This document shows positions 1-8,997 of a stretch of DNA of 64,000 bases, piece after piece. Both the position numbers and the translations under genes were made by a program. The notes beneath the pieces were generated by a model. It did no database searches. It worked only from the letters and a program-made list of their open reading frames with translations, and had not been told where the DNA came from. This stretch comes from a virus. Positions within the stretch are counted from its first letter, which is position 1. Each line of letters opens with the position of its first letter. Where the stretch lies: positions 32,001 through 96,000 of the IMG/VR virus record IMGVR_UViG_3300036939_000082. One strand, given 5' to 3'.

Positions 1-39
1 CAGCGTCACACCGTTGTTTTCAGTCACTTTAACTTCCAT
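1..39 (-). CDS. 5' end of a gene running off the left edge (MEVKVTENNGVTL...)
   Basis: ATG at 39 with AGGT RBS-like sequence and an upstream TTGACA-17-TAAGAT promoter on the minus strand. Confidence 0.5.
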   Translation of the reverse strand, partial: MEVKVTENNGVTL

Positions 40-152
40 AACTCTTACCTAAACTTGAATCAGTACATTTATCTTAGACGGTTGCAAGCCAGGTGTCAAT
101 ATTTATCTAATACAATTTTAGTGGCAGCGTTGGTCTAAGATGGTAGATATGA

Positions 153-188
153 CAAACCAACCGCGTTTCGGGCGATCGGTTTATACAA
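153..188. repeat. Degenerate copy of the HIP1-cored palindrome found at 553-583
   Basis: caaaccaaccgcgtttcgggcgatcggtttatacaa versus caaaccgatcgcgtttcgggcgatcggtttgtataa. Confidence 0.85.
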
Positions 189-194
189 AGAGTT

Positions 195-473
195 TTACCA
201 GAACAACCAGATAGAAATAAGCTCAGCAATACACTGACCTATTCCAACACCAGGAACTATAGCTAATACTGACATTAATATTAATTCATCTTCAGTAAGC
301 ACCCACAGGGGTTGATTTAAAAAACAGAAAAACAAAACTAAACAATGAAGCAAGAGGAATACCAAATTAGAAATGGTTGCTTGAATCTGAAGACTACGAA
401 TAGCGCGATTGTATTGCTCTTTAGACATTTCAAGTTCTCCTAAATGAGTGTTTGGCATCAAAAATTTAGTCAA
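195..473 (-). CDS. Small predicted membrane protein
   Basis: 92-aa ORF with two hydrophobic stretches; lies between the two palindromic repeats. Confidence 0.55.
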   Translation of the reverse strand: MTKFLMPNTHLGELEMSKEQYNRAIRSLQIQATISNLVFLLLHCLVLFFCFLNQPLWVLTEDELILMSVLAIVPGVGIGQCIAELISIWLFW

Positions 474-552
474 ATTATAGCAATTGTTGTGAAAATCTAC
501 AAAATTTTGGGATGTTACCTACTATAGCTTGCGATAAAATTAATAGATACGG

Positions 553-583
553 CAAACCGATCGCGTTTCGGGCGATCGGTTTG
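553..583. promoter_or_regulatory. Perfect 12-bp-stem palindrome 31 bp upstream of the bstA-like gene (candidate aba-like cis element)
   Basis: caaaccgatcgc-gtttcgg-gcgatcggtttg; function inferred from position only. Confidence 0.5.
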
Positions 584-614
584 TATAAGCCAAATTACTT
601 TCATCGCAAGTAAA

Positions 615-1409
615 ATGACCAACATTATTGTAAGCATTCCAGACGAAATCCGCAACGAATTCCGAGTTGATGTCGACGGTAAAGCATTTGTGTCTATCAG
701 AGGGGCTGCACGGATTGCAGATGTCACCCATGTTGCACTTCTTAAGGCGTTTGAAGGTGGTAACAAAAATCCTAGCAAACTTGCTCAAATGCTTATGGAT
801 GCAGGATTTGAACCTGGTAACTTTTCTGAAACTGGTATCCCAGACATCGCGCTGTCGATCCTCCTCAAATATTACGCATTTAAAGCAAATCGTACTACAG
901 AACAAGCTGAGCGCTTCTATGATGCTATGAGTGCGGTCGGTACGCGCACTTGGATACAGCAACAACTTGGTTGGAACCCTATACTAAGCCAAGCTCCATA
1001 CTGGTATCAGCGTTTAGTTCTATTCTTGGCTCAAAACAAAGTGCCTGCCGGCTACTTTTCAATATTCCAAGAAACGATCGCCCTCGTTGGAGATTTGGAG
1101 ACAGCAGGCTATGTACTACCCGATAATGCAATCCCCGATATTTCTATCGGGAAATGTTGGGCAAATCACTTGCGAGCTGAAAAAATAAACCCCAGCGATG
1201 TAGCAATCAATTACCCACATCAATATCCGGGTTGGGCGCACCCGGTGGATGCCAACGCCTATCCTGAAGAAATGCTGCCAAAATTCAGAAAGTGGTTCCG
1301 GGAAACCTACAAACCCGTCAAACTTCCCGCTTACCTCGCAGGCAAAGATAGCAATGCGCTGCCCGCGCTCAGCAAAATGCTCGATATCCCGATCGCCCTC
1401 TTGAAATAG
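615..1409 (+). CDS. bstA: BstA-like phage abortive-infection protein (KilA-N-like N-terminus plus BstA C-terminal domain)
   Basis: Motifs match the BstA family as recalled: IPDIALSILLKYYAF, VPAGYFSIFQE, IPDISIGKCWA, HQYP, NAYPEEMLPKFRKWF..Y...KLPAY. Confidence 0.78.
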   Translation: MTNIIVSIPDEIRNEFRVDVDGKAFVSIRGAARIADVTHVALLKAFEGGNKNPSKLAQMLMDAGFEPGNFSETGIPDIALSILLKYYAFKANRTTEQAERFYDAMSAVGTRTWIQQQLGWNPILSQAPYWYQRLVLFLAQNKVPAGYFSIFQETIALVGDLETAGYVLPDNAIPDISIGKCWANHLRAEKINPSDVAINYPHQYPGWAHPVDANAYPEEMLPKFRKWFRETYKPVKLPAYLAGKDSNALPALSKMLDIPIALLK

Positions 1410-1429
1410 TTTCCGCAATTTAGACAACA

Positions 1430-1465
1430 AAAAGCCTTGGAATCCAATAAATTCCAAGGCTTTTT
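1430..1465. terminator. Bidirectional intrinsic terminator
   Basis: aaaagccttggaat-caataa-attccaaggctttt between convergent genes. Confidence 0.85.
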
Positions 1466-1476
1466 AACCTAGATTA

Positions 1477-2103
1477 TCAATCTGGGTTTTGATACTCGAC
1501 ACAAATATTGCAACTTGGTAGCTTGCTTTGCAACCACGCTACATCCGTATTTTTGAGCTTATTGTCTTCAAGAAATAAGTGTTTCAAAACAGTCAAAGAT
1601 GCTAGTGGTTCAATGTTACTAATTTGATTTTGATTGAGACTAAGTACGTTTAAATTAGTCAAGGAAGCTAGCGGCTCAATGTCGATGATTTTATTGGCTC
1701 CAAGCCACAACTTCGTTATAGTCTTCAAAGAAGCTAGCGGTTTAAGATCGCTAATTTGATTACCTCCAATGCCAAGCCAAATCAAATTACTCAAGGATGT
1801 TAACGGCTTAAGATCGCTAATTTGGTTGTTTCCTAAAAACAGGTATCTCAACTTAGTCAAAGATGTTAGCGGTTCAAGATCGCTGATTTGATTGGCTCCA
1901 AGACCAAGCAAATCTAGGTCAGTCAAAAATGCTAGCGGTTTAAGATCGTCGATCTTATTATTCACAATGTAGACGGTCTTCAGATTAACTAAAGATTTTA
2001 GCGGTTCAAGATCGCTAACTTGTCTGCTTGAAATGTCAATTTCTGTCAAGGTATTCAAATCACTAAATTGATCCAAAATCTTTTGAGTGTGCTTAGCTGT
2101 CAT
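1477..2103 (-). CDS. Internalin-like leucine-rich-repeat protein 1 (8 repeats of 22 aa)
   Basis: Repeats of LxxLxLxxNxIxDLxPLxxL; C-cap WLQSKLPSCNI; no signal peptide. Confidence 0.9.
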   Translation of the reverse strand: MTAKHTQKILDQFSDLNTLTEIDISSRQVSDLEPLKSLVNLKTVYIVNNKIDDLKPLAFLTDLDLLGLGANQISDLEPLTSLTKLRYLFLGNNQISDLKPLTSLSNLIWLGIGGNQISDLKPLASLKTITKLWLGANKIIDIEPLASLTNLNVLSLNQNQISNIEPLASLTVLKHLFLEDNKLKNTDVAWLQSKLPSCNICVEYQNPD

Positions 2104-2255
2104 TGTTTTGGTTTACGTGTTCAACATTATACTTTAATTGTAGCATACCGATCGCCCGTATTTCGATCGCCCGCTTAAAATAGAATCGTCCAATAAATCT
2201 GAATTTCTCAACTATTTGTGATAAACTGAATTTAAGACATCACCCAATTAATAAT

Positions 2256-2513
2256 ATGTTGATCGCCCAACCTCCAGAAAATTTCCCTATCCGCGTCTAC
2301 TATTCAGAATCTGAATACAAATGGTATTGGCAGTACGAATACAAAGGCGAATTTTGGGAAGGCTTCGGCTTTGATTCAGAGAAAGAAGCCCTAGAGTATG
2401 GCATTAAGTACGTAAAATCGCAACTTCTTGCCCATAAGCGACAAGCTCAACAGAAAATGGAGGAAGCTAGTTCGTGCTTGGAACAATTAGAACAACAAGT
2501 AGGGCGGCTTTAA
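2256..2513 (+). CDS. Hypothetical protein
   Basis: 85-aa ORF with aromatic-rich N-terminus and coiled-coil tail; upstream TAGAAT. Confidence 0.6.
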   Translation: MLIAQPPENFPIRVYYSESEYKWYWQYEYKGEFWEGFGFDSEKEALEYGIKYVKSQLLAHKRQAQQKMEEASSCLEQLEQQVGRL

Positions 2514-2565
2514 GAAAACTGTTTTAAATCTACAGCGAGTGGAGATCGCCATTTGTCGCTCAAAA

Positions 2566-2925
2566 TTAACTTTGCTCATTTTGTTTTTCTAAACCAACAT
2601 CAACGATCGCCAGTCGATTTAAAAAAGACTGGCGATTTTCTATTACAGATTTCCCGGTTTTTGTAATTTGATAATATTTCCGTCGTACCCCTTCTAATTC
2701 ATCGCCCCATCTAGGAGTTATCCAACCTTTTTTTTCAAATTCTCTAAGAGTTGGATACAAAGATACTGGATTGTATTTTATTGTATTATTTGTCGCATTA
2801 CTGATAATACGAGCTATCTCTAAACCATACAAGGCTTGACCGTACAGGCTCCGAAGGATAGCTTCTTCTTTGGTTGTTATATCAGAAATTTTACTATTAG
2901 GCATACTACACAGTATATATAACAA
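2566..2925 (-). CDS. PadR-family transcriptional regulator (generic type)
   Basis: LYGLEI...SLYPTLREFEKKGWI..RW...RRKYYQITKTG winged-helix signature. Confidence 0.88.
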   Translation of the reverse strand: MLYILCSMPNSKISDITTKEEAILRSLYGQALYGLEIARIISNATNNTIKYNPVSLYPTLREFEKKGWITPRWGDELEGVRRKYYQITKTGKSVIENRQSFLNRLAIVDVGLEKQNEQS

Positions 2926-3033
2926 GTTTTTACTTAAGTCAATATATCGCTAACAGTAACTTTTTGCAATTTTTTCGTCCGTTTAAAAATAAAGGCACTA
3001 ACCTCAAAGATAGAAATCTTAATACTTTGCCAA

Positions 3034-4107
3034 ATGACTCCCACCGCTGGTAATCCCAGTTCTCCGGCAGACGCAGCCACTCTAGGCTCCATCAGCCCAG
3101 CCTCTTCAGGCAAACTAGCCAACGCTATTCCAGTCAAAGAAGTTCGATCGTCAACCGTTAAATACGGCGACTTCACTCCCTCAAACCTGCCGACGCTACC
3201 GTTTGGGCTTTACTACCAACCGACAGACGACGAACCAACAGAAAGGTTGAGGGATTACACGCTGGTCGAAAACCTCGACACAGGAGCCTACAGCGGACTG
3301 ATATCGAGAATGATGGAAAAACAGAGGCCGTCGTTTGAAAGAATTGTCAAGATAGCTTCTGAATTTCTTGCAAGAGCTGTTACTCATTTTGGAAAATACC
3401 CGATCGCCGAGATCGCAAAAAAAATGAGCGTCACTCCCGAAATACTCATCCAGCGGATGTACCGGGAAGATGTTGTCACTTTGATTTTTGCCTGTCGCCT
3501 GAAAGTCGTGGGTTCGTCGTGCGATTTTCAGGGCGACATAAAACCCGAGCAGCAGCCGAGAACGCCGTTTGACTACGCGATCGACACTGAATGCGGCTGC
3601 GAAGACGCAAAACGGATCAAGTACGACCCGCGAGAAACGGGAGACTACTCCCTCCGGCTCGTCGAAATAAAACTGTACGAAACCGACTCGATCGCCAAAC
3701 CAGTTTTTGAAATAACACTGCCGCGCGGATTTTCTGACGGAGGCAAGACAAAAATTACTAAGCTTTTTGTGGAACCGCTGAAATGGTTTCAACTGGGAAA
3801 AGTTGTCAGCAAAGAACAAGAAGGCAGCGACGATTTTAAAATCATGCAGGAAATGATCGTTGCCGTACCTGAAAGCGAAATCTACGGGCAGTCCAAAACT
3901 TCTAACCCATTTTGCAAAGAACTTTACAACGCAATGTCGATCGCCGACATTAAAGCGGTAGGGATGGGCATAAAAAATCTGCTAGATATAGGGCCCGGTC
4001 AGACGTTTCAAATTTTTTGCTATCACTGTCAAAAAAACGTACAGCACCAAATTCCTTGGCCCTCGCTCGCCCAGTTCATTTATAGTACCGACGAGTTGAC
4101 AGGCTAA
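3034..4107 (+). CDS. Putative baseplate hub / tail assembly chaperone (T4 gp26/gp51-like, internally duplicated)
   Basis: Two related halves (LPTLPFG... and ITLPRGF...), each with a Cys pair (ECGC, CYHC) near its end. Confidence 0.45.
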   Translation: MTPTAGNPSSPADAATLGSISPASSGKLANAIPVKEVRSSTVKYGDFTPSNLPTLPFGLYYQPTDDEPTERLRDYTLVENLDTGAYSGLISRMMEKQRPSFERIVKIASEFLARAVTHFGKYPIAEIAKKMSVTPEILIQRMYREDVVTLIFACRLKVVGSSCDFQGDIKPEQQPRTPFDYAIDTECGCEDAKRIKYDPRETGDYSLRLVEIKLYETDSIAKPVFEITLPRGFSDGGKTKITKLFVEPLKWFQLGKVVSKEQEGSDDFKIMQEMIVAVPESEIYGQSKTSNPFCKELYNAMSIADIKAVGMGIKNLLDIGPGQTFQIFCYHCQKNVQHQIPWPSLAQFIYSTDELTG

Positions 4108-4793
4108 TGAACGACTCTTTTCGATTTAATGCGGTATGGGAGCAAATAGCCCGAGTTGAGGAAGAATTCAAGAAAGATACCAAAAACGACTCAACTACAA
4201 AAGGGGAAATTTCGGTTGTCATGCGGGAAGATACTCCCAATGCCAAAATTAGAACTGTTTTTTCCTCGTTCTTAACGGTAGAGCTAAGAGAAAAACCCAG
4301 CAATCAACTATTTGCAGAATTGCGGGCGATCGTGCAACCTGCAATTCTAAGCAGTACCCGAAACGTAGATACGGCAACCGAAATTCTTCTCGAACGCGAA
4401 AACAACTCAGTTTTTATTTCGACCACCACTCTAAAAATGTGGTTTGTAGATGTTCGGACAGCCGAAATAGTAGCCCAAAAAATCGGGCGCAGGAAAGAAG
4501 ATTCGCTGGCGATCGCGTTGGAAAAATTGAAAGTTTCAGTTTCGCGCTTTGTAAACAACAACCATACTTTAGACGTTCACCTAAAGAATGGCAACCTCAG
4601 CACGATCAAGCGAATCAAACATTCTATCGATTTAGAAAAAGAGCTGGGTCTGCCAAGTTTGAAAAAAACTTTGCACGATAATTTGTTTGACAGCCGTACT
4701 CAGAATCAGTGCGAGTTAACGGCCCTTATTCGAGGCGGAAAGTTTGAACGCTGCGAAAAAGCGAGTCGCGAAGAGTTCAATTGCCGAGCTTGA
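4107..4793 (+). CDS. Hypothetical protein
   Basis: 228-aa ORF; start overlaps the upstream stop (TAATG). Confidence 0.7.
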   Translation: MNDSFRFNAVWEQIARVEEEFKKDTKNDSTTKGEISVVMREDTPNAKIRTVFSSFLTVELREKPSNQLFAELRAIVQPAILSSTRNVDTATEILLERENNSVFISTTTLKMWFVDVRTAEIVAQKIGRRKEDSLAIALEKLKVSVSRFVNNNHTLDVHLKNGNLSTIKRIKHSIDLEKELGLPSLKKTLHDNLFDSRTQNQCELTALIRGGKFERCEKASREEFNCRA

Positions 4794-4796
4794 ACA

Positions 4797-6188
4797 CTAC
4801 CAGAGAATTGGCTCCTCCTCCTCGTATTTTTCGACAATTACGGCTTTCGCAGGTTCAACTGCGGAGGCTTTTTCAATTTCAGCAATATTAGCAGCCAAGA
4901 TTTCTTCTGCCTTGGTCGGTCTGCCAAATCTTTTATTGAGGAGCGATCGCGCCCTTTCTCTCGCCGCCAAACTTTCTGGGGTCGGTGCATACGGGTCTGC
5001 CGCTTCCTCTTCCTCCGTCGCTGGATCTAAATCTGTACCCGTCGTCGGTTCGAGTTCCGGAAGTGAAGTCTCAACGCAAGCGATCGCGTAGGTCGGTAAA
5101 TTGTTGGCGATCGCCCGTTCCTTCGGTACTCCCAGCTCAACCTGTCGCGTCGCATCTTCGATCGCCCGCTCCAATCCCAATTTCACAGCATTCGCCACCG
5201 CCGCCACGACTGGCAGTCTCCGCAACTGCCCCGCTGCATTTTTGGCCGCCTCTGTTGTCGTCGCGCCGACTTTGTTAATGCAATCCTGGGCGATCGCCTC
5301 AGCTACTACCTGTTCCGGCACTCCCCGCAGCCTGAAGCCCGGGGGAACCAAGCGACTGCCCAATTCCTCACCGGAAATAAACTCTTCCCACAATAGGGCC
5401 ACACTAGCTTCTGGAACTTTCGCCTTAGACTCGCGCATGACCCAGTTGGCATATCCCTCGGGGGAATCGATGTCTACCCGCTGGTAGCAGTATTCCAAAA
5501 GTCTCTCAAAAAATAATTGTCGCTCAACCGGACTCGACCGCACGGAACACCGATCTTTTTCCAAAAATTCATTTTTTTTGAGAAGTTCGGCAACCACCTT
5601 TGCTTCCAGCAGACTGTCTTCAAGCAACCTCTTCTCTTCGTTCTCTTTTTCTATTTCTAAAAATTTATCAATAGTTCCGCCCGCTTCTCCGGGAGAGATT
5701 TCTTGAAAAACTTTTTTTGAAGATGTATCTTGATATGATTTGCGCTCAGTCGCGAGATCGATAGGATCATTTTCGGGTGATCGATTTGACGGTTTTGCGC
5801 AAATCGAGAGCGGCGCACCTTTCAGCAATTCAGCCAGCTTTTCGTAGCTGACTGCGTAGTATTTACATTGGTCAAAATAATTAGCCCTCAGTTGGCGGAC
5901 GACAATCAAGCCCAGCTTCTCAAGTCGAGCAAATATGCGGCGGAGTTTGTGGGCGCTCAGCCAGGGGAAGTTTCCCAGCCAGTCTACCTGCTTGCCGTGA
6001 GACTTGTTTAGTTTGCGCGGGTTGGTGCAGAGGATCGGGTTGCGAATCATTTTTATGCCGTCGGGAGCGATCGTCCCGCTCATCGCTGGGTTCTCGACGC
6101 ACCACTGAAGTTTGTTGAAGATTACTGCTTCCTCAAGTCCGATAGCGGCCGCTAGGTCTGGGCTGAAAAATCCTAATTCTTGAGACAT
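4797..6188 (-). CDS. Phage/plasmid replication initiator (N-terminal winged helix)
   Basis: FSPDLAAAIGLEEAVIFNKLQWC...NFPWLSAHKLRRIFARLEKLGLI...DQCKYYAVSYEKL is typical of phage replisome-organiser N-termini. Confidence 0.78.
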   Translation of the reverse strand: MSQELGFFSPDLAAAIGLEEAVIFNKLQWCVENPAMSGTIAPDGIKMIRNPILCTNPRKLNKSHGKQVDWLGNFPWLSAHKLRRIFARLEKLGLIVVRQLRANYFDQCKYYAVSYEKLAELLKGAPLSICAKPSNRSPENDPIDLATERKSYQDTSSKKVFQEISPGEAGGTIDKFLEIEKENEEKRLLEDSLLEAKVVAELLKKNEFLEKDRCSVRSSPVERQLFFERLLEYCYQRVDIDSPEGYANWVMRESKAKVPEASVALLWEEFISGEELGSRLVPPGFRLRGVPEQVVAEAIAQDCINKVGATTTEAAKNAAGQLRRLPVVAAVANAVKLGLERAIEDATRQVELGVPKERAIANNLPTYAIACVETSLPELEPTTGTDLDPATEEEEAADPYAPTPESLAARERARSLLNKRFGRPTKAEEILAANIAEIEKASAVEPAKAVIVEKYEEEEPILW

Positions 6189-6263
6189 GGGGATTACCTA
6201 CAAGCTGGGTTTGCTTGGTTGGGCGCGATCGGTGCCACTTGTAGGTAGATTCTTAGATTTAGC

Positions 6264-6290
6264 TTGACATTTGAAGAAATGTGCTACAAT
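6264..6290 (+). promoter_or_regulatory. Sigma70-type promoter pointing into the rep leader (antisense)
   Basis: TTGACA at 6264-6269 and extended -10 TGcTACAAT at 6282-6290. Confidence 0.7.
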
Positions 6291-6296
6291 CTTAAT

Positions 6297-6392
6297 TGAG
6301 ATTACCTACTCGTTCCTACAAGTGGTGTTCGTCGCACCCAAACAACTTTTGCAAGAAGCCCCGCTATTCGACTAGCGGGGCTTCTTGTTTTT
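6297..6392 (+). ncRNA. Candidate ~95-nt counter-transcribed antisense RNA controlling rep
   Basis: Between the promoter and a strong terminator; no ORF; antisense to the rep leader; shares repeats with the rep RBS region. Confidence 0.55.
6352..6392 (+). terminator. Intrinsic terminator
   Basis: caagaagccccgcta-ttcgac-tagcggggcttcttg followed by a T run. Confidence 0.85.
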
Positions 6393-6467
6393 GATAGTAA
6401 CACAGGTTTGCCGGATAGCCCAAAAATTTGCAGGGGGCGGGGGCAATCGGGCAAAACCTTAAATCTG

Positions 6468-6953
6468 TCATAACATATCTTTTGAGTAACTGAAATTGTG
6501 AAATTTTAGCAATTCAGGTGAATCAAAATTTATATCAGTCAATTCTGGTATTTCTAAGATAGGGAATATTGACCGAAGATATAGAACTGATTGAACGTAT
6601 AAATTTTCATCAGTCCAAAATGCTTTATTGTGAGCTACGTTATGGAATCCTGCGTTTTGTATCTTTGCAACGTGAGCTACGTTATGGAGTCCCGCGTTTT
6701 GTATGACTGCAAATGGTTGACCTTCAAACCACGCAGTTGCCAATTGCCAATATTTTATACTATCTTCTTGGCGATAAAGTGCTTTTATTTCTATCTTTTC
6801 ATTATTTTTAATGAAACCTGTGTGATTTATGTAGTTTGATGTATGTGCAAATTCGTGTATGTGACACACAAAATCTTTTAACTTAAAACTTGTTGATTGA
6901 GGAGTTAATCGATAAAGTTCGGCAATATTCATGATTTTAAGAGTGTTTGCCAT
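6468..6953 (-). CDS. Hypothetical protein with a 14-aa tandem duplication
   Basis: Start reassigned to MANTLK (6953) behind the cassette promoter; QNAGLHNVAHVAKI/QNAGFHNVAH from a 42-bp duplication at 6630/6672. Confidence 0.7.
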   Translation of the reverse strand: MANTLKIMNIAELYRLTPQSTSFKLKDFVCHIHEFAHTSNYINHTGFIKNNEKIEIKALYRQEDSIKYWQLATAWFEGQPFAVIQNAGLHNVAHVAKIQNAGFHNVAHNKAFWTDENLYVQSVLYLRSIFPILEIPELTDINFDSPELLKFHNFSYSKDML

Positions 6954-7062
6954 TTCTAAATGGGATTTGGTCTGCGTTGTTTTGATAGTAACACAGGTTT
7001 GCCGATCGCCCCTAAGATTCCGCGACGACGGACGATCGCCTTTTACGATCGCCTTTTTAGGA

Positions 7063-7096
7063 CAAAACCCGGCGATCGGTTGATCGCCGGGTTTTG
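7063..7096. terminator. Intrinsic terminator with HIP1-like stem
   Basis: caaaacccggcgatc-ggtt-gatcgccgggttttg. Confidence 0.8.
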
Positions 7097-7107
7097 CTAT
7101 GGTTTTC

Positions 7108-7326
7108 CTAATCTGATTTTTTGTTTTTTGGAGTACAGTATTCCTCAACCCATTGCTCGATCTGCTGCTGCGCTTCACGCCGACCACCGGCTAGCTTTTC
7201 AAATTGGGCGATCGTTCCGACTTCCAGAAAAACCCAATACTGCTGTCGCTTCTTTTTTGGCGGTACTTTGGGACGACCGGCTCCTTCGCGCTTACCACCT
7301 CGACTCATCTCTTTTAATTTTGTCAT
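7108..7326 (-). CDS. Small basic DNA-binding protein
   Basis: RGGKREGAGRPK AT-hook-like motif common in phage regulators. Confidence 0.65.
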   Translation of the reverse strand: MTKLKEMSRGGKREGAGRPKVPPKKKRQQYWVFLEVGTIAQFEKLAGGRREAQQQIEQWVEEYCTPKNKKSD

Positions 7327-7455
7327 TTATTTTTCTTAAAACTATTGACAGTGCTTTTTGATTATGGCATAGTTTATTTAACTGATACAAAGTACGTCTA
7401 ATGTTTCATTTGATTTTCCAGCAATACAGTTAAGTTTTGGAGCGCTAGTTTAAAA

Positions 7456-7635
7456 ATGAGCCAGAAACAGTATTTCAAAGATACTAACGTTCGAGATACT
7501 TGTTCTGCATTAAGTATTGCCGAAGTTGAATCGTTTGTAGAAGGTCAAGTTATTGATGGGATGTTGACTGTCAAGGGTCAACGAATTGATGTTGACTTTG
7601 TTGAAATAGAAAAAAAGAAGCGGATCGAGAACTAG
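7456..7635 (+). CDS. 59-aa hypothetical protein (not in the supplied ORF track)
   Basis: MSQKQYFKDTNVRDTCSALSIAEVESFVEG...KKKRIEN*, translated by hand. Confidence 0.5.
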   Translation: MSQKQYFKDTNVRDTCSALSIAEVESFVEGQVIDGMLTVKGQRIDVDFVEIEKKKRIEN

Positions 7636-7683
7636 ATAGGTGGATTATTAGCGAGTATGGCTAATTGCTGATTCACTATTTTT

Positions 7684-8406
7684 TTGAATGTCTTAAAAAC
7701 ACAAATACGAACAAAAATAATGAACTCATCTAAATTTACCCGTCCTTCTTTGGCTGAATATTCTCAAGGCTATTATCAGGCAGCCCCAGTCGAGTCAATC
7801 TGCAATAATTCGTACAAATTGATTGAGCAGTGGGAAATCCCTGTTTTAGAATCTGGGGAAATCCTTGTATACGGGGTGCGTCTCGTTCCCTCTCAAAAAG
7901 CTAAAATTAAAGTCTATTTTGGCTCAAGATCTAAGCGAGCAGTTGTTTGGTCTGAAGACCAACCATATAAAATGATGGGCGTTAGCTACGATTGCTATGG
8001 ACTTAAATTCAAAGAACAAGGGGATACTGTTTCGGATGAAACTATTGAAAGATACCTTGTTAATAATACAAGTCACGGCGTGTTGTACTTATCTTTTACT
8101 GGCGTTTCAATAAATTGCACTGACGAAAACTGGAAATTGCATCTTTCTAAGCCAGAGAAATATCTGAGCTGGACAGGTTCGGAACGTTTTTGTTCATCGG
8201 AAACCAATCAAATTTTTCAAAAAATAGCAAAACAAGTAGGCTGCACGGTTCCCAGAAGAGTTTTTGTACAATGCAACTGGCAATTGGAAGCTAACAACAA
8301 ACAAAACATTACGCCACGAAAAACTTCTTATCTAAAAATTTGCAGAGATTTGTCAATAGTTGAGTACAAATCTGCTGACGATGTTATGGTTTCTATCCAT
8401 TTTTGA
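7684..8406 (+). CDS. Hypothetical protein (AT-rich)
   Basis: 240-aa ORF; true start may be MNSSKF slightly downstream. Confidence 0.7.
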   Translation: MNVLKTQIRTKIMNSSKFTRPSLAEYSQGYYQAAPVESICNNSYKLIEQWEIPVLESGEILVYGVRLVPSQKAKIKVYFGSRSKRAVVWSEDQPYKMMGVSYDCYGLKFKEQGDTVSDETIERYLVNNTSHGVLYLSFTGVSINCTDENWKLHLSKPEKYLSWTGSERFCSSETNQIFQKIAKQVGCTVPRRVFVQCNWQLEANNKQNITPRKTSYLKICRDLSIVEYKSADDVMVSIHF

Positions 8407-8516
8407 GGATTTGGTGAAAACAAAATTTAAATATTACTAATTTTCAAAATCCAAGAGCCAGCAATTAATGCCCGATCGCCCACAGTCTCAAATTTCACCT
8501 AATTGAACGTGACCCA

Positions 8517-8954
8517 TTGAACGCAAACAACTTAAACCCTATGCCAGTAAAAGGATTTCGACAACTCCGCGTTCCGACGCGCACTTTTGAAATAGAGTTC
8601 AAACACCGTCCGCCGGATGACGCAACGGGCGATCGGGAAGTGTTAATTAAGACCGAGCAAATACAAGTTCCGGATGTTGGTAATCGTGAATGGGAGAAAC
8701 GGTGGGCAATGATGACCGTATGGAATACTTTTTCCAATCCGGAAGCGAAAGAACTTGGAATTAACCAGGCTTTCATCTTTTCTAAGGATTTTCGGGAATT
8801 GGTTTTTCGGATTGAACTCAATCCTTTCACGGACGAAGAAGCACACAAGTTGGATGTGCCGGCGCAGCAAGAATACGATCAATGGCTGGCGGCAGTGCGG
8901 AAACAGTTTAAGAAGCGCTATGGCGTCGAACTCGACGATTGGATGGGTACTTGA
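8517..8954 (+). CDS. Hypothetical protein
   Basis: 145-aa ORF with no recognised motif. Confidence 0.7.
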   Translation: MNANNLNPMPVKGFRQLRVPTRTFEIEFKHRPPDDATGDREVLIKTEQIQVPDVGNREWEKRWAMMTVWNTFSNPEAKELGINQAFIFSKDFRELVFRIELNPFTDEEAHKLDVPAQQEYDQWLAAVRKQFKKRYGVELDDWMGT

Positions 8955-8997
8955 TGTTGCGGGCGATCGTCCGCTGCATTGCTGACCAAAAAACTGG

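Noticed and set aside
6630-6704. 42-bp duplication as replication iterons
   Set aside because: Two copies only, in frame inside a coding sequence; best read as a peptide duplication.
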